Below are positions 29,827-41,973 of a stretch of 64,000 nucleotides of DNA, piece after piece. Where the stretch lies: contig JAJRZA010000037.1 of NCBI GenBank assembly GCA_024275485.1, forward strand, positions 5,241 through 69,240, given 5' to 3'. The first letter of the stretch is position 1. The number at the start of each line of letters is the position of its first letter. The translations under genes were made by a program, and so were the position numbers. Origin of the DNA: Candidatus Krumholzibacteriota bacterium. Its GTDB lineage: Bacteria; Krumholzibacteriota; Krumholzibacteriia; LZORAL124-64-63. Below the pieces are notes generated by a model that saw only the letters and a list, made by a program, of their open reading frames with translations, was not told the origin of the DNA and searched no databases.

Positions 29827-29936
29827 AGGGCTCTTCATGGGCTCTTTTCGATTTATTGATTTCCGCCCTGTTTTGCTGGATGATATCCAATTGCAGGTTG
29901 CGGTGTGCTCAAAAGCCGTCCAACAGGAGGACCAAA

Positions 29937-31982
<2,046 letters not shown>

Positions 31983-32006
31983 TTTATCGGTAAAACAGTG
32001 AAAATG

Positions 32007-32046
32007 AGTGCCCGCTTTTTTGAACAAGGCGGGCACTTTTAATTTT
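32007..32046. terminator. Bidirectional rho-independent terminator between convergent hppA and the methyltransferase (AGTGCCCGC-loop-GCGGGCACT then TTTTAATTTTT)
   Basis: 9-bp perfect stem with T-runs on both sides. Confidence 0.7.
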
Positions 32047-32060
32047 TATAAATACTTGGA

Positions 32061-33431
32061 CTATTTTCTCTTCAACAAATACAAAGTCCGCTCACTACCT
32101 TCAATCGCCTTGGCTTCAACGATATCAAACACCTCACTGAATGCCGCTTCAAACCCTTCCATCGTATAACCGGGAAAGACATCCTCACGAGTAGCCAGCA
32201 GACGTTTGACCTGGGAATCACTCTTGGGCACGAACTCGATGATCAGCCACCGTCCCGCCTTGGCAAAAAAGCCGGACAAAAGGGACAGGGGAACGTTGTT
32301 GCTGATGGCCAGATGATGGATCAAAGCCAGGGCAAAAACCGCGTCAGCGGGGCCACGGCCCAGGAAAGAGGTGCGCTCGGCATGGTCCCAGCCCAGATCA
32401 GGGCTCGGGTTGGTCAAATCCATCAGCAAGGGCAGCAGGTTCTGCTCGCCTTTTTCCTTCACTTCCCGCCAATTGTTCTCCACGGCCGTGGGATCGATAT
32501 CCGATGCCACTGTTGGAATTCCCTGTTCACTGGCCACCCGGCTGAAAAAACCGTTGTTGGCGCCAAGATCCCAGACGGTCCGGGCGTCGGTCCGGCTCAA
32601 CAGCTGTTTGACCAGTTCTCGTTTGCGGGAAAGAGAATCATCGGAATAGTTGGTGTCCGAGTAGTAGGCGCCCCATTCGGTGCCGGCCGGTTTCCACTCC
32701 AGCTTGCGGATGGTTCCACGCAGACTGTCGATGATACCGAGCAGTGCCTTTTTGGCTACTTTCGTGCTCTTGGCGGATTGTTGCCGATCCTCGTGCTTCT
32801 TCTGACTTGAGGCATGGGCGTGCAGATGCATCAGCAGGCCGGGATTCAGCTTGGTGCGCATGGGCAAGAGGTTTGCAGCAAGGTCCAGAGCGATTCCATC
32901 GATGCCGGTGCGCAGCAGTGAGCGGAGGCGCACGTCACGCAGGGCCATCAAGGCCAGAGGTGCGAGGAAGTGCTGGCAGAACTGGCGGTACGCAACCCAG
33001 GGTTCGCCTTCGGTGTACGCGGTGAACGACAAGGTATCGATGAGCACCGGCTTGCCCTTGTGGAACTGGATGTTGTAGGCCGAGGCATCTTTCAGGGCCA
33101 TGCCTTTTTTCAAGGCGATTTTCTGGATGCGCAGGGTGGTCAGGGCCGCGTCCTTGAGCTGGGAGAAGGACCACTCGTAGGGGTAACTGATGAAAGGCAC
33201 CAGTTCTGGCTCGATGATGCAGTGGGCCTGGTCGGTTTGGGCCAGCTCCAGGGACGCTCCCGCGTGAGGGACAAGCAGGCCTTTTTCAACCAACCGGTCA
33301 TAGAGGCCGGACTCCTGGAGTAGCTGAAAGTCTTTCGCGTAGATCTGGTTGACCTGGCGGAAGAGGGTGCCTTCGTGCCGGAAAAGAAAACCGCTGGGAT
33401 CACGGAAAGAGGCGGCGAGAATGTTACTCAT
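32061..33431 (-). CDS. Class I SAM-dependent methyltransferase with an uncharacterised N-terminal domain (FRDPSGF motif)
   Basis: The C-terminal Rossmann MTase region is VWDLGANNGFFS...DLTNP...ALALIHHL. The start ATG at 33431 overlaps the stop of the upstream small ORF (ATGAGTAA). Confidence 0.65.
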   Translation of the reverse strand: MSNILAASFRDPSGFLFRHEGTLFRQVNQIYAKDFQLLQESGLYDRLVEKGLLVPHAGASLELAQTDQAHCIIEPELVPFISYPYEWSFSQLKDAALTTLRIQKIALKKGMALKDASAYNIQFHKGKPVLIDTLSFTAYTEGEPWVAYRQFCQHFLAPLALMALRDVRLRSLLRTGIDGIALDLAANLLPMRTKLNPGLLMHLHAHASSQKKHEDRQQSAKSTKVAKKALLGIIDSLRGTIRKLEWKPAGTEWGAYYSDTNYSDDSLSRKRELVKQLLSRTDARTVWDLGANNGFFSRVASEQGIPTVASDIDPTAVENNWREVKEKGEQNLLPLLMDLTNPSPDLGWDHAERTSFLGRGPADAVFALALIHHLAISNNVPLSLLSGFFAKAGRWLIIEFVPKSDSQVKRLLATREDVFPGYTMEGFEAAFSEVFDIVEAKAIEGSERTLYLLKRK

Positions 33432-33645
33432 CGTCGTCGTCATCCTCTTCCATGGGTTTGCCGGTAAAAACAGCTTTGATTTTGTGCCAGAACAATTTGC
33501 CTGCCACTCCGGCACCGATCACTGCCGCGATGATGCCCTGGACCAGGAAGCTGCCGGTGCCGGGATCGATGTAGGCGAACGCGGGGGCCGAGATTAACAT
33601 TATTGCGAGGGCCAACACCAGTGCCAGGGTATAGGACGATTTCAT
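33424..33645 (-). CDS. Small secreted/membrane peptide (74 aa) with an acidic tail, translationally coupled to the methyltransferase
   Basis: Signal peptide MKSSYTLALVLALAIMLISAPAFA, then YIDPGTGS, one TM helix, and HKIKAVFTGKPMEEDDDDDE. Confidence 0.45.
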   Translation of the reverse strand: MKSSYTLALVLALAIMLISAPAFAYIDPGTGSFLVQGIIAAVIGAGVAGKLFWHKIKAVFTGKPMEEDDDDDE

Positions 33646-33878
33646 GGGAATCCAATTCGTTTGGAGCTCAAGGAAAAAAGCTAAAACGGCTCTCCCAATT
33701 GTGTCGAGGGAGCAATTGAGAGGAAATGTAAGTGAAGATGCTGTAACTTGTAAAGGACGATTGACCAATTGCAGTCATCATACATATTCTGAGGTGGAAC
33801 CCGATTCTCCTGAGGGAAGGTTGTCGCTTCTTCGTTTACTAAAGAGTATAATGGATCTTCCACTGCTGTAACCCATCC

Positions 33879-36392
33879 GTGTTGCCCGAGGTCATCGAAT
33901 TGTTCAAACCCACCAAGACTCCCAATGCCCGGTTCTTCCTGGTCATTTTCCTGCAAATTGCCGCTTTGTCGGGCCTAGCTATTGCGCAGCCTCTATTGCA
34001 ACTAGTGCGCGAGAACCCGGAATTCCTGGTAGTCCATCACTCCGGAGGGTGGGATGTGATCATCCTGGCAGGCGTGCTGCTTTTCCTGCCGCCGCTGGCT
34101 CTTTCGGCCATTGTCTTTCTGGCGAGCCTGATCCGTGCTAAAGCAGGTCTCCTAATCCATTCCCTAATTCTCGGGGGTCTGCTCGCACTGACCCTGTTGC
34201 CCCTTGTCGGAAAAATTCCTGCAGTGAACGGTTGGATGACCCTGATCTTGGCTTCCGCTCCCGCAATAATTATGGCATGCCGTTTCGGGAGATCCAACTT
34301 CCTGGGGCAGATCCTGGGCTACCTGGCTCTTGCCGTTCCTGTTTTCCTTTTTATGTTCCTCGGGTCCGGTCCCATCATGCGTATTCTTTTTCCTGACGCT
34401 CCTTCGGCAGCAGGCTCTGCCCAAACAGTGGGTAATCCCGTGGTAATGATTATTTTCGACGAGTTTCCCACGACCTCGCTCATGGGCCCGGACCAGGAGC
34501 TGGACTGCCAACTTTTTCCCAATTTCTGCAGACTGGCAGACCGTTCGATATGGTACCGGAATGCCACGAGCATCAGTGGAGCGACTTTGCGGTCAGTCCC
34601 GGCCATATTGAGCGGTAAGTTTCCCGCCTGGAATGCTACCCCTTCGTTGGCCGATCATCCGCAGAATATTTTTACATTGTTGGGCTCTTCATACCAGGTG
34701 TCGGCCCTCGAAACCCAAACGAACCTTTGTCCCGATGAGTTGAAGAGTGAGCCGGTGCCCGGGCTTTCGCAACGCCTGAATCTGTTGTTTACCGATCTTT
34801 CAATTTTATACAAACACCTCGTGGTACCAAAACTGTGGAGAAGCAAACTCGTTCCGGTTTCAAACAAATGGGGAAATTTCCAAGGGCATGAGACACGCGC
34901 CAATAATGGTGGGTACCCGGAAACAAAAATGGATCAGTTCGGAAAATTTGTCTCCTCCCTGCAGGTCAGTGATAAACCTAACCTAGTGGTTGCCCACATT
35001 CTGTTTCCCCACAATCCCTACAAATTTTTTCCGAACGGGACAGTCTATACTTGGCGTGAAAAGGTTACCTTGATGCCTGATGGCACCTGGGGGCCCGACC
35101 GTGTAAAAATGGCCCATAGCTACCGACGTCATATCCTGCAATCTGTGGCGGCGGATCGTCTGCTGGGTAAACTTTTGGATCGACTTGAGAAGCTGGATAT
35201 TTTTGACGCCGCCGCCATTGTCGTCACCGCCGATCACGGGGCTAGTTTTAGGACCGGACTCAGCCACCGCCGATTCAGCCATGGCAATGAGGCCGACATC
35301 ATGTCCGTCCCCCTTTTCATTAAGCTTCCGGGACAGACCACCGGTAACGTGGACGACCGTTTTGCCCAAACCGTCGACATTCTGCCCACCTTGGTATCGG
35401 TATTGGGCTGCGATCCTGGCTGGTCTTTTGATGGTTTAGATCTCCTGTCCGAGACTTCTGTCGACCGCACAGAGCTCGATTTTAAGGATCAGGACGCTAA
35501 CGAAAAGCGAACGATCCCGACGGCAATATTGAATGACAGGAACGAAATAGTCAGGTGGAAGAACGAACTTTTTGGCGATGACGGTGGGTACGAACGGCTG
35601 TTTTCCATGGGTGATTCAGGTGGCCTTATTGGGAAAGATGTGACCGGGCTCCAACTGAAAGATCACGTTTCGTTGCGAGGCACGATCATTGATGCCCAGA
35701 AATTGGAAAAAGTGGATTTAAAAGGCCTGTTTGTGCCCGCTGAAATCAATGGAACCCTGAATGGTCATAATGGAAACGGGCGCCTGGATCTGGCCTTGGC
35801 TCTCAATGGAAAAATCGCAGGGGTCACTGAAACCTATTTGGATGGCCCGGAGCCCAACACCTTCAATTGGCAAATAATGACCTCTCTCGAAGGCTTTCGA
35901 GACGGATCCAACGAAGTGGAGCTGTTTCTGGTGCCGGATCCCTCCTCAGGCCTTGATCTGATGCGGATTCCGCTGACCATTCCCTCCTTCATGGATACCA
36001 ATCTGGGTGGTATTTGCGTGGGCGGAGTTACGGAAAAAGGCTTGTTCAACTCTCATGACTGGGGCGGCCAGTTGGTGCGGTGGACAAACGGTAAGGGCCG
36101 CTGGGAAATTCCTCTCAAGCCGGGGGAGAAACCGGAAATGTTAACCATCAAGATCGTCAGCAGCGGACCACCGGGTGCCGACTTGAATGTTACGGTCAAC
36201 GGAACCAGGATTTTGAGCCAGGTTTTGCCGCATGGAGAGTGGGATACCCGGCTTCCTCTCAATAGTATCAAGTCCAAAGATCATTTGACGGTGGTGTTGG
36301 AAAGCCGGGTTTTCATACCGGCGGAAAATGACCCGAACAGTTCAGACCATCGGAAGTTGGGCGTTGCTGTTTCTACTTTGATGGTGAAGTAG
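33879..36392 (+). CDS. Membrane-anchored sulfatase-like hydrolase/transferase (alkaline phosphatase superfamily, LTA-synthase/phosphoethanolamine-transferase-like)
   Basis: About 5 N-terminal TM helices, then VVMIIFDEFPT and AAIVVTADHGASF motifs, then an approximately 300-aa beta-rich C-terminal extension. Confidence 0.65.
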   Translation: MLPEVIELFKPTKTPNARFFLVIFLQIAALSGLAIAQPLLQLVRENPEFLVVHHSGGWDVIILAGVLLFLPPLALSAIVFLASLIRAKAGLLIHSLILGGLLALTLLPLVGKIPAVNGWMTLILASAPAIIMACRFGRSNFLGQILGYLALAVPVFLFMFLGSGPIMRILFPDAPSAAGSAQTVGNPVVMIIFDEFPTTSLMGPDQELDCQLFPNFCRLADRSIWYRNATSISGATLRSVPAILSGKFPAWNATPSLADHPQNIFTLLGSSYQVSALETQTNLCPDELKSEPVPGLSQRLNLLFTDLSILYKHLVVPKLWRSKLVPVSNKWGNFQGHETRANNGGYPETKMDQFGKFVSSLQVSDKPNLVVAHILFPHNPYKFFPNGTVYTWREKVTLMPDGTWGPDRVKMAHSYRRHILQSVAADRLLGKLLDRLEKLDIFDAAAIVVTADHGASFRTGLSHRRFSHGNEADIMSVPLFIKLPGQTTGNVDDRFAQTVDILPTLVSVLGCDPGWSFDGLDLLSETSVDRTELDFKDQDANEKRTIPTAILNDRNEIVRWKNELFGDDGGYERLFSMGDSGGLIGKDVTGLQLKDHVSLRGTIIDAQKLEKVDLKGLFVPAEINGTLNGHNGNGRLDLALALNGKIAGVTETYLDGPEPNTFNWQIMTSLEGFRDGSNEVELFLVPDPSSGLDLMRIPLTIPSFMDTNLGGICVGGVTEKGLFNSHDWGGQLVRWTNGKGRWEIPLKPGEKPEMLTIKIVSSGPPGADLNVTVNGTRILSQVLPHGEWDTRLPLNSIKSKDHLTVVLESRVFIPAENDPNSSDHRKLGVAVSTLMVK

Positions 36393-36417
36393 GATCCGGC
36401 CTTCAGTTTAGTCGCAA

Positions 36418-37149
36418 TCACGATGCCCCACCCATAGCCTCGGCAGCCCTCTGAAAATCGGCAGCCGCCTCCGTGGTTAGCTCTTCGGTGAGCAGTTGCT
36501 TGGCCACTCTGCCCCCGAACGTGAAAGTGTCCAGACCCTGGGCCGCCAATTGAAGTACCTGATCGCCTGTGCGCAGACTTGCCACCAGAAGACGGGTGCC
36601 GGCATCGCAACCGTCGAGGATGTCCTGCATTTTCAGGACGGCGGCGGTGCCGTCGCGACCGGCGTCGTCGAGGCGACCGAGGTAAGGCGCGGCGTAGTCG
36701 GCGTCGAAGCCTGCGGCGAGCAGAACCTGTCCAGGGGAGAAGATTCCCGTCAGTGTGATGCGGCACCCCGATGCCGCCAGCTTTTCGGATACGATCAGGC
36801 CCTGTTCCGTGGCCGGAACCTTGACCAAAACGGCGATGCCCAGGCCGGCCATCAAAGCCAGTTGGCTGCCGTTGCTGATCATCTCTTCAGGTGTGGTTCC
36901 CCAGGTTTGCAGGTGGATTTCACCGCAGCCGCATTGAACAGCCTGACGAGTGAGTTTTTCCAGATTCTGCAGGGTGCAGGCCTGACCGGCCCGTTCCAAC
37001 AGAACCGGGTTGGTGGTTACGCCGCGAAAGACACCCCAGGGCAGAAAGTGTTGCCAGTCGTTGGGGTCCGCTGAGTCCAGGTACAGTTGCAGTCCGGTTT
37101 CGCGCTCGGGCAGGTTCAGGTTGTCATCAGCCATTTCGAACAAGTCCAT
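36418..37149 (-). CDS. tal: Transaldolase (short, fructose-6-phosphate aldolase-like subfamily)
   Basis: Motifs LQLYLDSADPNDW and GVFRGVTTNPVLL. Start moved to the ATG at 37149, which has an AAGGA RBS. Confidence 0.8.
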   Translation of the reverse strand: MDLFEMADDNLNLPERETGLQLYLDSADPNDWQHFLPWGVFRGVTTNPVLLERAGQACTLQNLEKLTRQAVQCGCGEIHLQTWGTTPEEMISNGSQLALMAGLGIAVLVKVPATEQGLIVSEKLAASGCRITLTGIFSPGQVLLAAGFDADYAAPYLGRLDDAGRDGTAAVLKMQDILDGCDAGTRLLVASLRTGDQVLQLAAQGLDTFTFGGRVAKQLLTEELTTEAAADFQRAAEAMGGAS

Positions 37150-37177
37150 GGTAATTCCTTTTTTTTCGACGTCAGAA

Positions 37178-37882
37178 TCATTCAAAGAGGTTGAATTGCC
37201 CGCCTTGGTCGTCCCAAATCTGTTTGAGGTTTTCGGGGCGGTCGCAGAAGGTGCTGTTGACGTCCCGGGAAACGGGCCACGCCTGCAGCAAATCATTGGT
37301 GTCCGGTTTCAGCAGTTCGCTGAGTCCTTCGGCGGTGGCTGCATCGATGGTCAGCCAGAATTTCCAATCGGCTTCGGGGATTATCAGGGGCATGCGATGG
37401 TGGATGGGACGCATCAGCTTGTCCGCCGCGGTGGTCAGGATGGTGCAGCTTTCCACCAGATGGCCGCCGGGGTATTCGTGTTGTCCCCACAACCCGGCCA
37501 GGGCAAAAGGACGCTGATTCTTTTGGCTGAAATAGTATGGTTGGCGGCCGTCGCTGCGTTTCTGCCATTCAAAAAAGCCATCAACCGGAATCAGGCAACG
37601 ACGTTGGGCGAATGATTCCTTGAAAGCCGGTTTTTCGGTTACGGTTTCGCTGCGGGCGTTGATCAGTTTGGGGCCGTGGTCCGGACCTTTTTTCCAGGGT
37701 AGCTTCAAGCCCCAGTTGAACAGACGCAGGATGCTGCCCACGGAAGTGGGATTCGTCACCACTGCAGCGATGTCCTGGCCGGGACTGATGTTGTAGCGCG
37801 CCTCCAGCTCAGGCACCAGATCCAAAAAGAACCTGGCAGCGATCACAGCGGGTGGGGAAGATAGAACAACGCGGCCGCACAC
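37178..37882 (-). CDS. yedK: SOS-response-associated peptidase (SRAP/YedK, abasic-site processing)
   Basis: Begins MCGR (catalytic Cys2), is 234 aa, and has the conserved NARSET and LIPVDGFFEWQK blocks. Confidence 0.85.
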   Translation of the reverse strand: MCGRVVLSSPPAVIAARFFLDLVPELEARYNISPGQDIAAVVTNPTSVGSILRLFNWGLKLPWKKGPDHGPKLINARSETVTEKPAFKESFAQRRCLIPVDGFFEWQKRSDGRQPYYFSQKNQRPFALAGLWGQHEYPGGHLVESCTILTTAADKLMRPIHHRMPLIIPEADWKFWLTIDAATAEGLSELLKPDTNDLLQAWPVSRDVNSTFCDRPENLKQIWDDQGGQFNLFE

Positions 37883-38159
37883 TTTGGTAACCTCGGCAAT
37901 GGGGGGGCAGGCGAGAAATGAACAAGTTTATAATATAGGAACTTTGGAGGGTGTCTACCCTTGAGGGTGGTTGCCGGCTCCCGGGGCGCAGGGGGCTCTT
38001 GTGCTGATGGCAGGGAATAGATGGCACTATCTCCCTGGGGAGAAACTGTGAAAACTCCGCTCCAAAACCACTGGCACAACAGAAAATCTGAAAATTTTAC
38101 CTGGAAATGTTATAATTATCCAAAGACTTCACATCTGCCATCCACCCGAAAGGCCCGCA

Positions 38160-39959
38160 ATGTTCGCCCGCATTCTGCCGATTTTCTCTTTGCTGCTTTT
38201 GATGAATGTTCCCGGTCTTCTTTTGGCTGACCTTCTTCCCATTCAAATGGACGGCGATTTCAGTGATTGGGACAATGCGACGGTTCTAGCGTCCGACCCC
38301 GCCGGTGACGGAGGATCCTCGGGCATCGATTTTCTTCAGGTATGGGTTGGCAACGATCAGGATTATCTATACATCCGATTCGACACCACGGGTGAAGTTC
38401 AACCCGACGAAGGCCAATCCATGCGCCTTTACCTGGACACCGACCTGAATTCCTCGACGGGAACCTATTTCAATGGCATCGGAGCCGAACTGGTTTGGTA
38501 TTTCGGCTGGCGCAACGGCACATTCCGGGCGGGCAGCTCCACCTACGATTTGATACACTCGGATATCGGTTTGTTGATGGGCCCCACCGTGAGCAACAAC
38601 CAATTTGAAGTGGCCATTCGTCGTGACGCAAGGCCGGCCGCCGGGGTGGACCTGTTCAGCTCCGGCCCCGTCAGGTTTATTCTCCAGGACGCCTCATCCA
38701 GTGGCGATGTTTTTCCCAACAGCGGCAGCGTGGCTTACACCTTCAGCTCCGGTAGTCTTGCCGTGCCGTCCTTGCCAATGGATCGCGACATGCCCGAACA
38801 CCTTAGATTGGCCACCTACAATATCGAAGGCGACGGTTTGTTTGACGGCGGCACCCGAGAGGATGCCCTGGAGCGCATCTTTCAGGCTATCGACGCCGAT
38901 GTTTTTATCATCAATGAGGTTTGGAACAGCAGCGCCACTGCGGTGCGTTCAAAAGTGGAGCAGTTCCTGCCCAGCGGTGCCGGCCAGGCCTGGTATGCGG
39001 TGAAACGGGACGATGGCAACGTCATTGTCAGCCGTTTTCCCATTTTGCAATCCTGGGCAGTCTTCCCCGGTCATCGAATAACAGCCGCCTTGCTGGACCT
39101 GGGTGCAGAATCCCCTTCCGACCTGCTGGTGCTGGCAAACCACTGGCGCTGTTGCAGTGCCGACGATCTGCGTCAGGACGAAGCCGATGCAACGATTGCC
39201 TTTCTGCGGGACGCGCGCACCGATGGCGGGGTGATCAATCTTCCCGAAGGAACGCCGGTGCTGTTCGGTGGGGATTTGAACCTGGTGGGCTGGCGGCAAC
39301 AGCTGGACACTATTCTTACTGGTGATATCCAGGATGAGGGCCAGTTCGGTAATGACTCGGCTCCCGACTGGGACGGTTCCGATTTCGCCCAACCAATGAC
39401 CCGTCAACCCGACTTCAGGGCCTCCTACACCTGGCGCAAGGATTGGAGCTACTACTATCCCGGCCTGCTGGATTATATCCTGTACACTGACAGCAACCTG
39501 GATTTGCACAACCACTTCATTCTGGAAACGCGCACCATGACCGAAGCCAGTCTGGCGGCCGCAGGACTTTTGGAAACTGACACCGAAACTGCAAGCGACC
39601 ACGCTCCCCGGGTGGCGGATTTTACGCTGGACAATGGTCTTTCCCCTGTGCCGATGGTGGTGTCAGCCGGCTGGGCCCGTTTGCTGCCCAACCAGCCCAA
39701 CCCTTTCAACCCCTCCACGGCCATCCGTTTTGAATTGGATCGCCCGGCCGAATGCACCCTGGCGGTCTTTGATTTACGCGGTCGACAGGTGCGCAGCTTT
39801 CCGGTTCAGAACTTGCCCGAGGGCTCTCACCAAGTCCATTGGGATGGCTTGTCCGATGAGGGGCGTCCGGTCTCTTCGGGAGTCTATAGGGCCGCTATGG
39901 TCTTTCGGTCAGCAGGGAAGGAAATCGCCGGGTCGCAGGCCATGGTCCTGTTGAAATAA
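38160..39959 (+). CDS. Secreted EEP-family (endonuclease/exonuclease/phosphatase) protein with a T9SS C-terminal sorting domain
   Basis: Signal peptide, an N-terminal beta-rich domain, an EEP core (LATYNIEGD...FIINEVW...GGDLNLVG...SDHAPRV), and a C-terminal CTD (PNPFNPSTAIRFELD...VFDLRGRQV...GVYRAAMVF). Confidence 0.75.
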   Translation: MFARILPIFSLLLLMNVPGLLLADLLPIQMDGDFSDWDNATVLASDPAGDGGSSGIDFLQVWVGNDQDYLYIRFDTTGEVQPDEGQSMRLYLDTDLNSSTGTYFNGIGAELVWYFGWRNGTFRAGSSTYDLIHSDIGLLMGPTVSNNQFEVAIRRDARPAAGVDLFSSGPVRFILQDASSSGDVFPNSGSVAYTFSSGSLAVPSLPMDRDMPEHLRLATYNIEGDGLFDGGTREDALERIFQAIDADVFIINEVWNSSATAVRSKVEQFLPSGAGQAWYAVKRDDGNVIVSRFPILQSWAVFPGHRITAALLDLGAESPSDLLVLANHWRCCSADDLRQDEADATIAFLRDARTDGGVINLPEGTPVLFGGDLNLVGWRQQLDTILTGDIQDEGQFGNDSAPDWDGSDFAQPMTRQPDFRASYTWRKDWSYYYPGLLDYILYTDSNLDLHNHFILETRTMTEASLAAAGLLETDTETASDHAPRVADFTLDNGLSPVPMVVSAGWARLLPNQPNPFNPSTAIRFELDRPAECTLAVFDLRGRQVRSFPVQNLPEGSHQVHWDGLSDEGRPVSSGVYRAAMVFRSAGKEIAGSQAMVLLK

Positions 39960-40017
39960 ACGCAGGAGTTATGGTGGTGTCAGGACCTGATCCGCATTTT
40001 CCTGGTTGAAAAAAATT

Positions 40018-40052
40018 CCCCGAACCTTTCCTGGTCCGGGGGATTCTTTATT
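40018..40052. terminator. Bidirectional intrinsic terminator between convergent T9SS-cargo genes
   Basis: Hairpin CCCCGAACC-TTTCCT-GGTCCGGGG flanked by AAAAAAA upstream and TTCTTTATT downstream. Confidence 0.55.
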
Positions 40053-40059
40053 ATCCGGG

Positions 40060-41730
40060 TTACTGCACCAGCGTCAGTTTTCTAACCGAGCTGATCACTC
40101 CATCAATTTCCAGACTGCTGAAATAAACACCACTGGCCAAGCCATGTGCGTTCCAGGAAAAACGATGGTCGCCCCTGCCCAGCGGCCCATCGTGCAAAAC
40201 CTGAACCAGATGACCACGGCTGTCGTGGATCAGAACCCGACCAAAGGCGTCATCAGCCAAACGGAAGCTCAGCTCCGTCTGGGGATTGAAGGGATTTGGT
40301 TGGCACTGCAAATCCACCATTATGAGATTTGCATCGGGCACCGGCGCCAGGCCAAATTCCGTGGAGTAGGTGTAGTTGGCACCGTTGTCCGAGTTGACGT
40401 TGGCAACGGTCAAGACAGCCTCGTTGTAACCCTCGTGATGGGAGACAATGGCTTCGTTTCGGTCACTCAGGACAACCGGATCAACGATGGTGGGCAAGCC
40501 TGGTCCCTTGGAAGAGACGAAGACTCGAAACTCGCGTGTATCGATCCCGTCAAAGCTGATGGCCAGGGGCTCGGTCAAATTCAGCAGACGCATACTCTCG
40601 CCCGCCCAGCCGCTGATGCTGCCGTTGCCACTGGCTGGGTTGGAAGTGTGGATTCGCCAGGCCCAGAACAAGGGGAGGGTTTCGCCTTCGTATCCGTAAC
40701 GGCCGTCGCCGATGCTGGAGTCGTCCAGGTAGTTGGCCATGGACCAGTCGCCGAAAATGTCGCCCATGTTGGGGTCACCACCCAGATTTTCCAGGGATGT
40801 TCGGTAGCCATCCATGCCGTTGAGCGGATTGTGGGCCACATCGTATATCAAACTTTGGCCGCCAAATTTTTCATAAATGTAGAGGGTCCACAGATAGGTC
40901 TTGATGTAATCGGCCCAGGCGCCGGTCCAGTTGGTGAGGCGGTTGTCGGTGTTGCTGCTGAAACCACTGATGGTGTCGGGGTTGCCGAACAGCCACATGG
41001 CCAACTCGCCCATGCCCTCATCCACCCAGGACTCTTCGTTCTGGTCGGTGTTGAAGTGGATCAGATGTTCGAACTCGTGGGCGGCCACGGCCATCATGTA
41101 GTTGCCATCGGGCTGGCCGTTGTCGGTGGCCATGTAGATGACGTCGGCTTCGTTGCTGGCCCACATCTGGCTGCCGTCGGGATACTGGTCGAAGACCCAG
41201 AAGAAACCATCAGAGGAGATATTGAAACGATAGTAGAGCAGGAAGATCCTTTCCTGGCCATCGAGGTTGTTGGGCGGGTCGCCGAAGTGCGAGGTGTTCA
41301 GGTCCCAGATCCCCTGGTCGGGAAATTGGCCCACGCTCTGATTGTCGAAATGGTCGACGATGCGGTCGACGGCATCCTGATCCATACCCGCGACATTCCA
41401 TTCGTCATCGTCCACAACCAGGAAAACGTTGGTGCCCACGCCGCGAATGGTGCAGGGTTTGAGATTGGCCTGGGGGTAACCCGTCAGGTCCCAGATGTAC
41501 CAGTCCCAGGTATCGCCCAGTTGGGGGTCGGCGGGGACTGAGCGGTTTTGTTGCCAGAGACCGTCCGCTTCGAGCTGGGCTTTGGTAACCGCGTAGTCTT
41601 CTGTGGGTTTGGGCAGCTTGCTGGTTGGACAGTTGATGGCCAGTGCGGTGCCCACCCCGGCGACCAGCAGCAGGACCAATAGGAATAAGGCCGAAAAATG
41701 GCCGTAGGGACGAAGCATTACCAAACGCAT
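40060..41730 (-). CDS. Secreted zinc metalloprotease (HExxH, M6/InhA-like) with a T9SS C-terminal sorting domain
   Basis: Signal peptide, AAHEFEHLIHF...EGMGE zinc site, and a C-terminal CTD (CQPNPFNPQTELSFRL...IHDSRGHLV...GVYFSSL). Confidence 0.7.
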   Translation of the reverse strand: MRLVMLRPYGHFSALFLLVLLLVAGVGTALAINCPTSKLPKPTEDYAVTKAQLEADGLWQQNRSVPADPQLGDTWDWYIWDLTGYPQANLKPCTIRGVGTNVFLVVDDDEWNVAGMDQDAVDRIVDHFDNQSVGQFPDQGIWDLNTSHFGDPPNNLDGQERIFLLYYRFNISSDGFFWVFDQYPDGSQMWASNEADVIYMATDNGQPDGNYMMAVAAHEFEHLIHFNTDQNEESWVDEGMGELAMWLFGNPDTISGFSSNTDNRLTNWTGAWADYIKTYLWTLYIYEKFGGQSLIYDVAHNPLNGMDGYRTSLENLGGDPNMGDIFGDWSMANYLDDSSIGDGRYGYEGETLPLFWAWRIHTSNPASGNGSISGWAGESMRLLNLTEPLAISFDGIDTREFRVFVSSKGPGLPTIVDPVVLSDRNEAIVSHHEGYNEAVLTVANVNSDNGANYTYSTEFGLAPVPDANLIMVDLQCQPNPFNPQTELSFRLADDAFGRVLIHDSRGHLVQVLHDGPLGRGDHRFSWNAHGLASGVYFSSLEIDGVISSVRKLTLVQ

Positions 41731-41858
41731 GTGCGAGACCTCCCGTTGTTGAAAATGGATTCATTTCGGCAAGGATAACACAAATGGCCCGTCGTGGCTG
41801 GAAAAAGCTATAATGGTGGGCACTGCCCTATATTCTCCCATGGGATGTCCGGGGCCCC

Positions 41859-41896
41859 TGACCGTCATCATTGATGACCGTCATGATTGATTTGAC
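41859..41896 (+). promoter_or_regulatory. Tandem 16-bp direct repeats (TGACCGTCATCATTGA / TGACCGTCATGATTGA, then TTTGAC) in the divergent promoter region; a TATAAT at 41808..41813
   Basis: Read directly in the sequence, about 80-115 bp upstream of the ORF at 41974. Confidence 0.4.
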
Positions 41897-41973
41897 TGCC
41901 AGCCGATATTCCTGTACCATAATCGTAGCCAGTTTGAAACTGGATCTTGTTGAAGTTTCACCATTAACCTCAC

